The position numbers and the translations under genes are program-made. Shown in pieces: positions 51,046 through 64,000 of a stretch of 64,000 nt of DNA (positions are counted from its first letter, which is position 1; every line of letters starts with the position of its first letter). The notes beneath the pieces are model-generated. The model searched no databases, was not told the origin of the DNA, and saw nothing but the letters and a program-made list of their open reading frames with translations. The DNA is from Eledone cirrhosa (Eukaryota). The stretch lies in NCBI GenBank assembly GCA_964016885.1, contig CAXHJY010001308.1:1-64000 (forward strand), given 5' to 3'.

Positions 51046-54000
51046 TAAATTATGTTTATATGTAAATAAAAATTCGATATGTAAGAGAAAATGCACTTTT
51101 GCCCGGTTACGTTTAAACGAAACCGAACTGGAAGTTCAGCACTCGCATCACTTGATTGTAATCTTCGTATTAAAACAAAAGTCTTCTATATTTATATTAT
51201 TATTATCATTATTAATTTTATCTTTTCAAAATGCTTTTTTTCGCCTGATAAAAATAACGCATAAAAAGTATTTACAAAATATTTAATTATTTCAACAGGA
51301 TGTAAAGCTTAAAACAATAATAGCTTTGTAGGTTATTAACAGACGGAATTTTTTACGTTCGACTAACATTGTTAAATTATTTCTTAATTAACTATATATA
51401 TTTGGCTTTCACATTCCACTTAGTTTTATTTTATATCATGCATCATACAAAACTACTCCTTTGTAAGTATAGATTGTTAAACATTTTTTTCAAATTTATC
51501 ATATTTTCTTGTTATTGTTGTCCTTGTTGATATCGTATTAGATTTCATCTACAAACTCTTGTCTGTTGTATGACTTAGTGGTTGTGAAAGAAATTATACT
51601 TGTTTAGTACATACATACTTGTCACTCACCCAAGAGAAAATGTATCTATCTATGGCTATCTACCGATATGTAATTTTTTTCTATTAACTGCAGGTTAATC
51701 CCGATCAAGCAGAACTATGCTCAAAGGCATTTCACTCATGACCACCTTGTATATTTGTATACTAGGAAGGAAATTGAGGGTGTTTGCCGTTTTTAGCTGG
51801 TCGAGCGACCACATACTTCTAAAGTATTGTAATATCGTAATAACTAACAGAATTATTGATTTGACATCCATATACACATTGACATAAATGTAAATACACA
51901 CACATAGTGTAAATATATCTGTATTTTTGCATTAACTCTACTGACATTAAGTTACGTGTATGCATATGTCCACCCATTGTCGCGTGCTTATGTGTGTGAC
52001 TGTGTCATCTAACGTTTCGTTTTCCGATTTTTGTATTTGTATATTAATTTAATCAATTTTAAGTTTACTTATTATTGTAGCAACCGACACATTTTTCTTT
52101 TAGACCTGTATATATGTATCGACACATCAAATATATTTTCATTTTCTTTAATTTTGATGTTATGTTAACCATTTAGATTTTGACGTTTTTGAACCTCTAA
52201 TCGGTTATTCGTTCGACTTGCTAGAAATAGCAGCCAAATCACGCCTTACTATCTAAAAAAATATAAATGACACCTTTAAAACGAAGAGATGACCATTGCT
52301 TGAATGCTTTTGATTTATAGCTATGTTTGATCAGAGCTAGAGTCTTCGTCTAACAAGTTTCTGGGTGTTAAAATGTATTTCAACGTCAGAAAACCGCCAG
52401 TGTCACTTTTCAAGATTTATTTTTGTTTTTCTTTCGTTCTGATGAAACACTTCAACATGAAAAATGCTATACATGTAAACAGACGAGATGATCACGACAG
52501 GGTTGCCTTTGATCATATGTCTGCTTGGAGCCAGGGTTAAACAACAACCAGATATATCAAATTAGTTTTCGACATTTTCTTTGCTCTTTATATCAACTGA
52601 AATGTTTATGATATACACATGTCACATTCGTGACTGATGGCATGCTCGGCAACATTCAACGATAGCTAATACTTTTACAGTGTTACTAAACATAAAGACA
52701 CATTCCCATTTCGAGGTTCTATATATGAAATTTACAGACAAGTAATCGAAATTGTATTTCTGTGGAATTATCAAAATATGGTCACAATAGATCTATCTAC
52801 TTTGAAGGAAATGAAAATATCTCGACCAATTTAACTGTTTCATTTTGCACGCTAAGCTCATACACACATACCAGCCGATGGTGGGAGCATAACCTTAACC
52901 CTAACCAAGCCTTAGTCTGTCTAACCCTAACGTCTGTAAACAATGAATCCAGTGAATCGGATGATATATTTTGGTTTTCTACGAAGGAAATCTATTAACA
53001 ATGATACTCGAAATATGCATATTTTTGTGTAGAGGAATGTGCTTATTCCCTTTATATTTCCTTTCACACACACACACACACACAAAGAAAAAAAAACAAA
53101 AAAAAAACAGGGATATCCTGGTAGCGAACTGGAAAGAATGAAATGTGCTTATATTGTTTATATACATACTTATTTTGTGTAACGATTTTAGCTACAATTT
53201 TCAAATTTACTATATGTATTCCATTACATTTACATTTTATACTTTTTTTTCTTTAATTTGATTTTAAATACAATTTTCCTTGTATAGCATATATATATTA
53301 TAGTAAATTTGTATTAATACAGACGGGTGTCATGAAGTTCTCGGGTGGGGGAAACTCGGAAAACGAGTAATTTACGACGGTTTTGAAGGCCACATCAAAA
53401 TCACAGACAAAAACAAATTTAACTCTCAAGATTCTAACGAAACATATGAACAAATTACCCTTAAAATTAAAAACTATTTACTATTTCACCTGCCTCCGAG
53501 ACGTGTGTGTTAATGATTTCTTTGTCATAATAACAATAATTAAAAAATGACAAACACCGATATAAAAACAGTCGTATTAGGTTCGCTCTTTGCATAAAAG
53601 AGAGAAAGAAAAGTTCGACGTATTGGATGTTAGTCCTTCATCGGGAGAGTACAATAGTTCAGAGATTAGAAAATAAAAAAATAGAAAAATGGGGACGTGT
53701 GTGTTGTTTTTATTTATTTATTTATTTATTTGTGTGTGTATCAGCATGAATGGTCTATACATTGTTCTCAAGTATAAAAGAAATTATTAGTATTATCAAA
53801 AATTTATTTAGTTCCATCGTCTTGCTTATATTTCGATTTTCGGTTTGGATATCTCACATTCACTTTAATGGAACTTCAAAATAGGATTGCGCCAATATAA
53901 AAACTTAACAGGGCTGGCGGAAAACACATGTGAAGAGCTCTGCATCAAAACACCCACACGGTAGTCTTACTTACTCAATGTATGTATAGTCCCGTAATTC

Positions 54001-54333
54001 TGAGGGAATCGTAGGAGCACCGTATTGACATACGGCGTTTCTAGGGCATTTGTTAAACCCAGTGGAACCTATTTCATCTCCAGGTCTGAATACAGCTGAT
54101 TTTTTTTTCCAGAGAAGGATAGAAAGAGAGTGAGAGAGAATGAAAATGAGAAAGAGACATAGAGGGAAAATCGACACCAGTACTCGACTGGCACTTTTTT
54201 CTATTCACCTCGAATGGATGAAAGGCAAAGTTGACCTATATACTTAATACAATAATAATTTTAAAAAAATTGCTAAACTGAAAATAATATATTCCTGTTT
54301 GAGGGTTCTGTTGAAGTGAAAGGGAAACTTCAA

Positions 54334-54554
54334 CCCTTTAGCATTCAAACCGGCCATATCCGGCCAGAACTGTCTCACCTCTTTCTGTTCAAATCGGCTG
54401 TAACTGGCCACTCATACTGATGTTAAAGTATTATTCTCAAGATAAATAACATCAAAATCTCATAGATTCGATATTATGTGAGATAATTATGTAAGATAAA
54501 GTGTTTATTACCAAAATACAATAGTATATATAGAGTAATGTGATTGCTAAAGGG
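54334..54554. mobile_element. piggyBac-like MITE
   Basis: TCAA|CCCTTTAGCA...TGCTAAAGGG|TTAA terminal inverted repeats with TTAA-like target; second copy at 27740-27948. Confidence 0.75.
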
Positions 54555-56943
54555 TTAAAGTGCACTTTGTAACCTATACACACGATAAAAGTTCGCCATT
54601 GAACCAACTCGAAAAGATAGAGCTGATTTATTGGCTGACTCAAACATGTTCACCGTGGCTGACGTCAACTTTGAAATTTGTTACAAATGCCCAAGTGAAA
54701 ATTGAGTGGTCCGTTGGTTAATTTTGTCTTGTCATTTGTATATATATATATATATATATTGTGGTTTATGATGGAAACATCACCCTCACTTTAATAGAAT
54801 CATCAAATATCAGTAATCCCTTAAATTATCTTTGCAATTATGACAACAAATCTACCTCAAGGGCAGTTTAACAGCCAAAAAGCAACCAGAAAGGGATACA
54901 ACTCTAATAATATCTACTAATCCAAATGTTTGAAAAATAAATACAATGCAGTTATCTTTAAAAGAAAAATGACAAAAAGCAATGGATATGTTTCTGTCTT
55001 GTTAGATCTTCTCTGTGAAGTATATTCAGCTCAGTTGTCTAGACTTGAAAAATGATCTGTATAAATAGAAATAGGAGATTAGATATGCTGATTATAGATA
55101 TCAATGATATGGCTGTGGGAAAATACTTCAGACAAATGATCTGCAAGCTAAATACACAAATGGTAGTGTCACATATTTTACAAAAGCATTAGGTTAGTTA
55201 ATATCATTGAAGTCATCTCTCTTGCTGGTTGATTTTAGATTTTAAACATTATTAAAGGGAGATTTTGCCTACCAATTACAATGATAATCGTCAGTTAATC
55301 AAACATGTTCAACTCACTATTATTACATATGTGAAACTCTGCTGTGTCTAAAAGCATAATGATGTTATTATATAAACAACACTTATATCTCTTCAATACT
55401 GACAACTAATCCTGAATTTTTTTATCAGCCAGCATATTTCTGTTCCATTTATTGTTTATATATGTGTGTATGTATTTATATATTTATATAATCACCCTTG
55501 CATGTGTTAGACAGGCTGTCATGTTATGAGATCAAACAGGTCAAGTGATCATATACTTTACAACTTGTACTAGATGCTTTTTATCATGGAACCAGCATGA
55601 CCACCTAACAGGGTGGATTGGCTGGACTTGGTCATGGCATTAGCATTATGACTTTACAGGTTAGACTGGGTATGTTTTATTGTGTCACCAGTGTTACCTC
55701 ATGACATTTGGGAGCTCGTTGTGTCCTTGGCCCCGCTGAGGAGCCAATGATGAGTGTAAGATGAGAGAGCAAGTGTTGGGCTATGCCTTGCTTGCTAAGG
55801 AAGGGAATATCATCCCATAGTGGCAGAGCTATTGACATTTTATGATGTAGTTTTGAAGATATTGAGTTGTACTTGGTAACTAAGTTTGAGTAGCCCAATT
55901 CTTTTGGCAACAAGAAATATTTCAGAACACTACATTCATTCTTGATTTATAGTAGTTGCACAAAGCCTGTATTTAAGCTGACAAATTCCCGCCTGAACTA
56001 TTACAAATAAAGTAATCTTGAATTATTTCAATTCACTATTCTCTAAGGAAACTAGCAGAAAAACCACCCTTTGGATGGTTTCCTGCTAGCATGTGTAGTG
56101 TGCATATTGATATTATACACAAGTATATATACATGTAGATATGATACATCAAATAAAATCGTAATTGACAATATACACAGAAATTGAACGAGGACTGCGT
56201 TACATTGTCTTATGTAATCAGTAACATAATCCATGATACATTAAAAAAGGACGATATTATATATAAACTGCATTAGGAGAAAATTAGTGACGGAAATATA
56301 TGAATGTTTATTTAAGCGATTGCTAACCGGAAGTGTTGACATTTGAAAATTTTAAAGAAGTGAATCTTAAAATAAGCAACAATATTATTTATATTTAATC
56401 AAGAATAACGAAATTTAGTAGATAAATTATGTAATATTCATTCATTATTTATTCAAAGTAATCCTACTTATTTTACAAATGGGATAAAAAAATATATTCT
56501 GGAGACAGTCCCGCACTCCTTACTTTATTATAGTTTAGATTGATCTTTGTTTTAACTTTGTTATATGAACAAAATTTTATCAGGTTAGCTCAGGCTCATC
56601 CCAGTGAAATGAATAAGTTGTATGATAAAAAAAGATATCTTTGATTTATCACATCTCCAGGCAAAGTAAGATAGAATTACCACTAATATATATATTTTCA
56701 AAATGACTGACAAAATGCACATATGCTTTTTCTAAAAAAATGTTTTTTCTCTTTCTTCTTCTTCTCACTCTCTATCTTTCTATTTTTCATTCCATTTTCT
56801 GATGAAAGACTAGTATCCGAAACAAAGACTCTTTTCCTACTATATCAATCATTAAACTAATATATTTCTTCATTGCACTGTGTTGTTTGCTTTGTTGTTT
56901 CAGTTTACTTTATATATATATATGTATCTATATATATATATAA

Positions 56944-57125
56944 TAATTGTTTCTACTTTTGGCACAAGGCCAGCAAATACATTACTGGTACTTTATTTTA
57001 TCGACCTCATAAGGATGAAAGGCAAAGTTAACCTCGGCGGGATTTGAACTCAGATCATAAAGGGCCGTAACTCTTTGCTGTAAAGCATGGTGTCTGACCA
57101 TCTACTGATACTGCCAATCCACCAA
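56944..57125 (-). mobile_element. tRNA-derived SINE (family A)
   Basis: Reverse-complement family A core. Confidence 0.8.
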
Positions 57126-57149
57126 TATATATAATAATAATAATAAATT

Positions 57150-57728
57150 TTGCTCTACATGGCTGAATACAATAAATGTAATCCGAGTTTTTCGAATATT
57201 AATAATAATATTCGATTCATTTGCAATTATGCAAACAAGCCTCATTCTACTGACATGGCTTTAACAATGAGGCTTGTTTGCATAATTGCAAACGAATCGA
57301 ATATTATTATTAATATTCGAAAAACTCAGATTACATTTATTGTATTCAGCCATGTATCCGGCCATTAATCGCTCGTACAGGAAACTGACTGGCCAGTTTG
57401 CTGATATGCAAATCTGGCTGATCAGTGGATCTGCTAATATACAGATCTGACTGATCAGCCAGTCTGCTAATATGCAAATCAGGCCAATCAGTCACAGTAT
57501 ATTTTAGAAAATATATATTTTCACTAGCTCTGACAGTTGGCAGGTGAACTGTACTGATGAAGGGTAATACCCAGAAACATTAGTGTCTGCAGTTCTGTTT
57601 ACATGCCAACACAAGAGCAAGAATGAGGGGCTCATTCTACTGACATGGCTTTAAAAATGAGGCTTGTTTGCATAATTGCAAACGAATCGAATATTATTAA
57701 TATTCGGAAAACTCAGATTACATTTATT
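57150..57728 (+). mobile_element. Non-coding Penelope-like element (inverted plus direct pseudo-LTR structure) with hammerhead
   Basis: About 92-bp inverted repeat at 57157-57357. Segment 57241-57340 is directly repeated at 57630-57728. Hammerhead in between. Confidence 0.75.
57546..57595 (+). ncRNA. Type I hammerhead ribozyme
   Basis: GAACTGTA-CTGATGA-AGGGTAATACCCA-GAAA-CATTAGTG-TC-TGCAGTTC: 8-bp stem I, full core, GUC cleavage triplet (after 57587). One A.A mismatch at the base of stem II. Confidence 0.82.
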
Positions 57729-57734
57729 ACATCT

Positions 57735-57960
57735 ACTTTTCCATGTTTGCATGGGTTGGATGGGTCCTTCTCAGCACAGCATCTGCCAGTCTTAAGGATT
57801 TGAAGTCAGCTCTCACAACCTCTGCCCGGGTCTTTCTTGGTCATCCTCTACTGCAGCTTCCTTCAACTGGTATTTTCTGGCATTTCTTCTCCCATTGGTC
57901 ATTGTTTATATGTATCACATGTCCATACCAACACAGTCTTCTCTCCTATATACACCACCT
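57735..57960 (-). mobile_element. RTE LINE 3' fragment
   Basis: Homologous to 22900-23140. Confidence 0.7.
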
Positions 57961-59406
57961 TGTATTCTCCTTATATATATATATATATATACATACAAAT
58001 ATACATATATGAATGAGTTGTAGTTTACCTGAAGCATTGTGGAATATGAAAAGTGGGTATGTTATGGAAGCCACTACAATGCTGACTGGGTTATAAATAT
58101 TGAAATAATAACAAAACTGGATGAAGAAGGAAAGAGTTGAGAATGAATACAAGGAAGGGAAGAAAAATAAGAAACCAGAGATTATGCTACCTTGGTAATA
58201 TTTATTAATATATATATAATAAGTGGCAAATTGGCTGACTCAGTATTTATTCTGGCTCTCTACATTCTAAGTTTAAATCCTACAAAGATTAACTTTGCTT
58301 TTCAATCTTTCAGGGTCAATAAATATAAAACCAGCCCAATACTGGGATCAAATCTTCTTTCGCCTTTTCTCTCTCCACATCTGAACACACTCTATTTGTT
58401 CGAGAGAAGAAATGAGAAAGGGATACAGAGAAAGAATCTGTGCTGGTATATTCTTTTATCAACCTCAAAAAGATAAGCAAAGTTGACCTTGGCAGGATTT
58501 TGAACTCAGAGGGCAGAGAGCTGGAATGAGTACAGCAAAGCATTCTATCCGACATTCTAACCACTCTGCTAATTTACCCTCTTGATCATGGAGATTAACC
58601 TGGGGTTAAACATTCACATCTGTTACCAATGACCAATATGTCCATCCCACAACATAAATCTCTGCTTATCATAAATTAAAATCCTGAAACTCAAGTGTTT
58701 AGTGTTCTCACACAGCTACTGAGATAGCTATGACATTACTGCTTAAAACATTCATACACTCATAGTAAGACATATATTATATATAAACATATCATCATCA
58801 TCATCATCGTTTAACATCTATCTCCCACGCTAGCATGGATTTAGACGGGAATTGTCCTACTTGGGGCAAGATTGGCCGGGTGACCGTGTCTCGCTTGTAT
58901 AGGACTGTCTGACAAGTTTTCTATGGCTGGATGCCCTTCCTAAGACCAACCACGTTTACATATCATATATACACCTCTATTATGAATCACACCATGTTAG
59001 TGCTATTGCTAATTAACAGTAGTACATTATGTTCATTGTGTTTAAAAAGAAAGAAAATATATATCAGACTGTATTGTTGTTTTTCTCCTCAATGTCGTCA
59101 TGAGATTTCCTGTTCATGGAATTTTTTGTATTTAGTTTGCTTTGATAATATATATATATTTATGACCTATGTGACACTCAGTCACATGAGATATTTGAAC
59201 CTGCTAATAATATTTGTCAATAGGTTCATTGTGTTTGAAGTAAAGATTAAGAGGGACAAGGAGGCCATTTTATAAATCCGAGAATTTTTCAGCCAAAATT
59301 AAACAAACAAGATTGTTATTTTAGAAAAACAAATGGGGTATTTTACAAGAGGGTTTAAATAAAATCTTCGAATTTTGGGCATAATTGGACAAGCATATAA
59401 CAATAA

Positions 59407-59595
59407 TAATTGTTTCTACTTTAGGCACAAGGCCAGCAATTACCCAGTGCATTACTGGTACCTCATTTTATCGACCCCGTAAGGATGAAAGCAAAGTCAA
59501 CCTCGGCGGGATTTGAACTCAGATCGTAAAAGGCCATAACTATGCTGGAAAGCATGGCGTCCGACCCTCTACCGATACTGCCAATCCACCGCCCT
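59407..59595 (-). mobile_element. tRNA-derived SINE (family A)
   Basis: Reverse-complement full family A copy. Confidence 0.85.
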
Positions 59596-60143
59596 ATAAC
59601 AGTAATAATAAGCGAATAATGGGATTTTAAAAATACAAGAAGATTATTTAGAACAACCAGACAGAATTATAGCGAGAGTTATTTCAGGGTAATGAATAAT
59701 ATTTTAGGTTTTAAAAGTTAATAGGTATTTGTATTAATATTATAATTATGTTTAATTTCTAAAATTCAAATTTTATGAAAACAAATTTAAAGGATTTATG
59801 AAACATGAGAGAGAAAATATGTATATAATGCTTTTATATCTTCACGAAGGTAATCTTTACCAAAATTATTTATAATATTGACAACAGTTTCTATAATATA
59901 ATTTATAAAATAATTATAGTTATAATTATTAAAGAATTTATTGTTAAATAGTTTTTGTGCCTTAAGTATCAACCGGCCTTATAACTAAACTTAAAGAAGT
60001 CCGAATTTATCAAACGAGTGTCCTTCATTCTAACATTAATTCTATCATAAATGATTAGAAGATAATGCATTATTAAAGTTTTATAAACCGTTATGACTTT
60101 TTATGCCCAACAGTTAAGAGTCGTCAAAATCAGGCCTGATTGT

Positions 60144-60772
60144 TTACTGTTTTTTCCTGACTTTTTGCGAGGCTTGGAATGTAGACAAAGCTTTATGAAA
60201 GCAGTTTGAGAATAATTCACTTTTTTTGTTAATTAAGTTTTCATAATTATTAATTATTAATAGGGTCTCCTTTGTGCAGAGGTTGCAGTTAATCGATATG
60301 GATGAGTTGGTATATATTTTACTATTACAAAGCTTCGTCCTAAAGATCGAGTATTTAAAATTTTTGTCTTTTAATGACCATATAAGTTGTGATAAAGAAG
60401 TCGAAGACTTCCTATTAAAATTCGAAAATGAGCATTTGTGATTCGCAAATCTCGATTTAAATGTGGAAGTTGCTCCTATGTAGTTGTATGTGTTGTTATT
60501 TGTTTTTATGGTGCATTTATACACCAGATTTCTATCCAGACAATTATTTTGCAGAGGGCAATCTGGTTTATTTCATATAACTGATTTAGTTCTGGTTCTT
60601 TTCCCCGATTTATTCACAGTACAGGTGTTTGAATTACAGTTATTAGAATTTATAGAATTTCGTTTATGTATGCCATTATTTTTATCAGGATTAAGACTCG
60701 GATTATTATTGTCTATATCTTCTATATTATTTTTATAACCAGCCTTTTTTAGCGCATCATTGTAGGATATTA
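60144..60772 (-). pseudogene. Penelope-like element (probably Neptune-type): RT thumb end and GIY-YIG endonuclease
   Basis: YNDALKKAGY; CPLQNNC linker; LVYKC...YIGAT..FKSRFANHK; CNLCTKE; LINKKSEL. Confidence 0.85.
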
Positions 60773-62339
60773 ATATTACAATGTAGGATATTACAATGCA
60801 GGATATTACAATGTAGGATATTACAATGTAGGATATTACAATGTAGGATATTACAATGTAGGATATTACAATGTAGGATATTACAATGTAGGATATTACA
60901 ATGTAGGATATTACAATGTAGGATATTACAATGTAGGATATTACAATGTAGGATATTACAATGTAGGATATTACATTGTAGGATATTACATTGTAGGATA
61001 TTACAATGTAGGATATTACAATGAAGGATATTACAATGTAGGATATTACAATGTAGGATATTACAATGTAGGATATTACAATGTAGGATATTACAATGTA
61101 GGATATTACAATGTAGGATATTACAATGTAGGATATTACAATGTAGGATATTACAATGTAGGATATTACAATGTAGGATATTACAATGTAGGATATTACA
61201 ATGTAGGATATTACAATGTAGGATATTACAATGTAGGATATTACAATGTAGGATATTACAATGTAGGATATTACAATGTAGGATATTACAATGTAGGATA
61301 TTACAATGTAGGATATTACAATGTAGGATATTACAATGTAGGATATTACAATGTAGGATATTACAATGTAGGATATTACAATGTAGGATATTACAATGTA
61401 GGATATTACAATGTAGGATATTACAATGTAGGATATTACAATGTAGGATATTACAATGTAGGATATTACAATGTAGGATATTACAATGTAGGATATTACA
61501 ATGTAGGATATTACAATGTAGGATATTACAATGTAGGATATTACAATGAAGGATATTACAATGTAGGATATTACAATGTAGGATATTACAATGAAGGATA
61601 TTACAATGTAGGATATTACATTGTAGGATATTACAATGTAGGATATTACAATGCAGGATATTACAATGCAGGATATTACAATGCAGGATATTACATTGTA
61701 GGATATTACAATGTAGGATATTACAATGTAGGATATTACAATGCAGGATATTACAATGTAGGATATTACAATGTAGGATATTACAATGTAGGATATTACA
61801 ATGCAGGATATTACAATGCAGGATATTACAATGCAGGATATTACAATGTAGGATATTACAATGTAGGATATTACAATGTAGGATATTACAATGTAGGATA
61901 TTACAATGTAGGATATTACATTGTAGGATATTACAATGTAGGATATTACAATGTAGGATATTACAATGTAGGATATTACAATGTAGGATATTACAATGAA
62001 GGATATTACAATGTAGGATATTACAATGTAGGATATTACAATGCAGGATATTACAATGCAGGATATTACAATGTAGGATATTACAATGTAGGATATTACA
62101 ATGCAGGATATTACAATGCAGGATATTACAATGCAGGATATTACAATGTAGGATATTACAATGTAGGATATTACAATGCAGGATATTACAATGTAGGATA
62201 TTACAATGCAGGATATTACAATGCAGGATATTACAATGTAGGATATTACAATGTAGGATATTACAATGTAGGATATTACAATGTAGGATATTACAATGTA
62301 GGATATTACAATGTAGGATATTACAATGCAGGATATTAC
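60773..62339. repeat. 15-bp satellite (TTACAATGTAGGATA)n, about 104 copies
   Basis: Directly visible; variants TGCAGG, TGAAGG and CATTGT. Confidence 0.99.
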
Positions 62340-62455
62340 TATTTTGTTAATATTTTGAATTAATATTAATAACTCTGGAAAACCTCTTTGTTGAGTGCTT
62401 CCAAACTATTGTAAAACTCATTCTTTGATGTATTCATTGAACCTTGTTTAACTTT

Positions 62456-62498
<43 letters not shown>

Positions 62499-62529
62499 AT
62501 ATATATATATATATATATATTATTATACT

Positions 62530-62820
62530 TTGAAAGAGTCGTGCTGCCAATAAAAGCACACGCACCTGTTGGTTTTCACTTCAATTTATTATAAATTTCC
62601 GGTTGGTTGGTTCGATAACCGGATGGTTGTTTATATATTGTCAAAGCTTTTTTTGTCACACATTCTGTGGCCTCCTCGGTGCCTGGGTTTTTATTTTGAG
62701 GAGGTCACAGAATGTGTAACGAAAGAGCCTTGACTATATATAAACAACCATCCGGTTATCGAACCAACCAACCAACCAACCAACCAACAGGAAATATATA
62801 ATGTATTGAAGTGAAAACCA
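62530..62820. mobile_element. Penelope-like inverted pseudo-LTR, relative of 29933-30444, with decayed hammerheads
   Basis: Inverted repeat at about 62571-62820; GAGGAGGTCACAGAATGTGTAACGAAAGAGCCTTGACT. Confidence 0.7.
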
Positions 62821-62856
62821 AATATATATATGTATATAAATATAAAAAATAAACAA

Positions 62857-63045
62857 ATTTCGCTCTACATGGTTGAATACAATAAAATGTAATCTGAGTT
62901 TTTCTGCAGTTCTGTTTACATGCCAACACAAGAGCAATAATGAGGGGCTCATTCTACTGACATGGCTTTAAAAATGAGGCTTGTTTGCATAATTGCAAAC
63001 GAATCGAATATTATTATTAATATTTGAAAAATTCAGATTACATTT
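62857..63045 (+). mobile_element. Second copy of the 57150-57728 Penelope-like family
   Basis: Short inverted segment, then 62905-63045 matches 57588-57725. Confidence 0.8.
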
Positions 63046-63070
63046 ACATAAATATATATGTATATATGTA

Positions 63071-63119
<49 letters not shown>

Positions 63120-63364
63120 ATGTGTGTGTGTGTATATATGTGTGTATATACATATAAATCATCATCATCATTTCATCATTTCATTTTATGTCCGCTTTTT
63201 CCCTGCTTGCAAGGGTGGGACGGGAACTGATTCTGGCTTAATTTCTACAGCTGGATGCTCTTCCTAACACCAACCTCATTTACAGTGAGTGCTGGGTGCT
63301 TTTTTGCCATGGCACCTCCACGACCACTTTGCGGTGGAGTGATATGGACCCCAGTCCCTATCAT

Positions 63365-63508
63365 CTCATTTCTACAGCTGAGTAAACTGGAGCAATGTGA
63401 AATAAAGTGTCTTGCTCAAGGAAACAACACATCACCCGGTCTGAGAATTGAACTCACAACCTTTTGATTGCAAGGCCAATGCTCTAACCATTAAGCCATG
63501 TGCCTCCA
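63365..63508 (-). mobile_element. tRNA-derived SINE (family B) head
   Basis: Reverse complement of about 20423-20568. Confidence 0.75.
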
Positions 63509-63522
63509 TATGTGTGTATATA

Positions 63523-63569
<47 letters not shown>

Positions 63570-63744
63570 ATATATATGTGTGTGTGTATATATATATGTG
63601 TATATACATGTGTGTGTGTGTATATATGTGTGGTGTGTGTATATATATATATGTATATATATGTGTGTGTGTATATATATATTATGTGTGTGTGTATATA
63701 TATATAAATATTATGTGTGTGTGTGTATATATATATATAAATAT

Positions 63745-63775
<31 letters not shown>

Positions 63776-63839
63776 TATGTGTGTGTGTGTGTGTATATAT
63801 ATGTGTGTGTATAAATATATGTGTATATATATGTGTGTG

Positions 63840-63884
<45 letters not shown>

Positions 63885-64000
63885 ATATATATGTGTATAT
63901 GTATATATATGTTCAGGATTGCTAGGCAATGTGTCAAGGAAAACAGTGATATTGTCGGGGAGAAGTGTGTACTTAACGATGACGGCGTACTTGCCATCAC

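Noticed and set aside
60773-62339. CRISPR-like array
   Set aside because: Contiguous 15-bp units with no unique spacers, no cas genes, and a eukaryotic context.

Overview
Repeat-rich, AT-rich eukaryotic (animal) genomic DNA. The SINE families, microsatellite load and TE mix look like an octopus/coleoid cephalopod genome (inference). Left 37 kb: a minus-strand kinesin-9 gene (KIF9). I could read 13 coding exons with phase-consistent splice sites (about 514 codons; the gene continues past base 1), including one GC-AG intron, and an RFX X-box lies just upstream of the ATG. Its introns hold a full LTR-to-LTR CsRn1-type Ty3/Gypsy element, CR1, RTE, R4 and Penelope remnants, SINEs, a non-autonomous Helitron and a near-perfect 512-bp palindrome carrying hammerhead ribozyme motifs. 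Right 27 kb: no confidently identifiable host gene. It is a nested TE cluster: a decayed RepHel Helitron with stacked termini, two members of a non-coding LTR family, CRE fragments, Penelope-like elements with a near-canonical hammerhead, and a 15-bp satellite grown out of a Penelope ORF. Most notable: (1) a 32-nt extended tRNA-Trp primer-binding site shared by the Gypsy element and the non-coding LTR family; (2) a Penelope-like copy whose 5' boundary falls at the predicted hammerhead cleavage site; (3) an intronic hammerhead preceded by its own antisense copy. All calls were made by eye, with no database searches.
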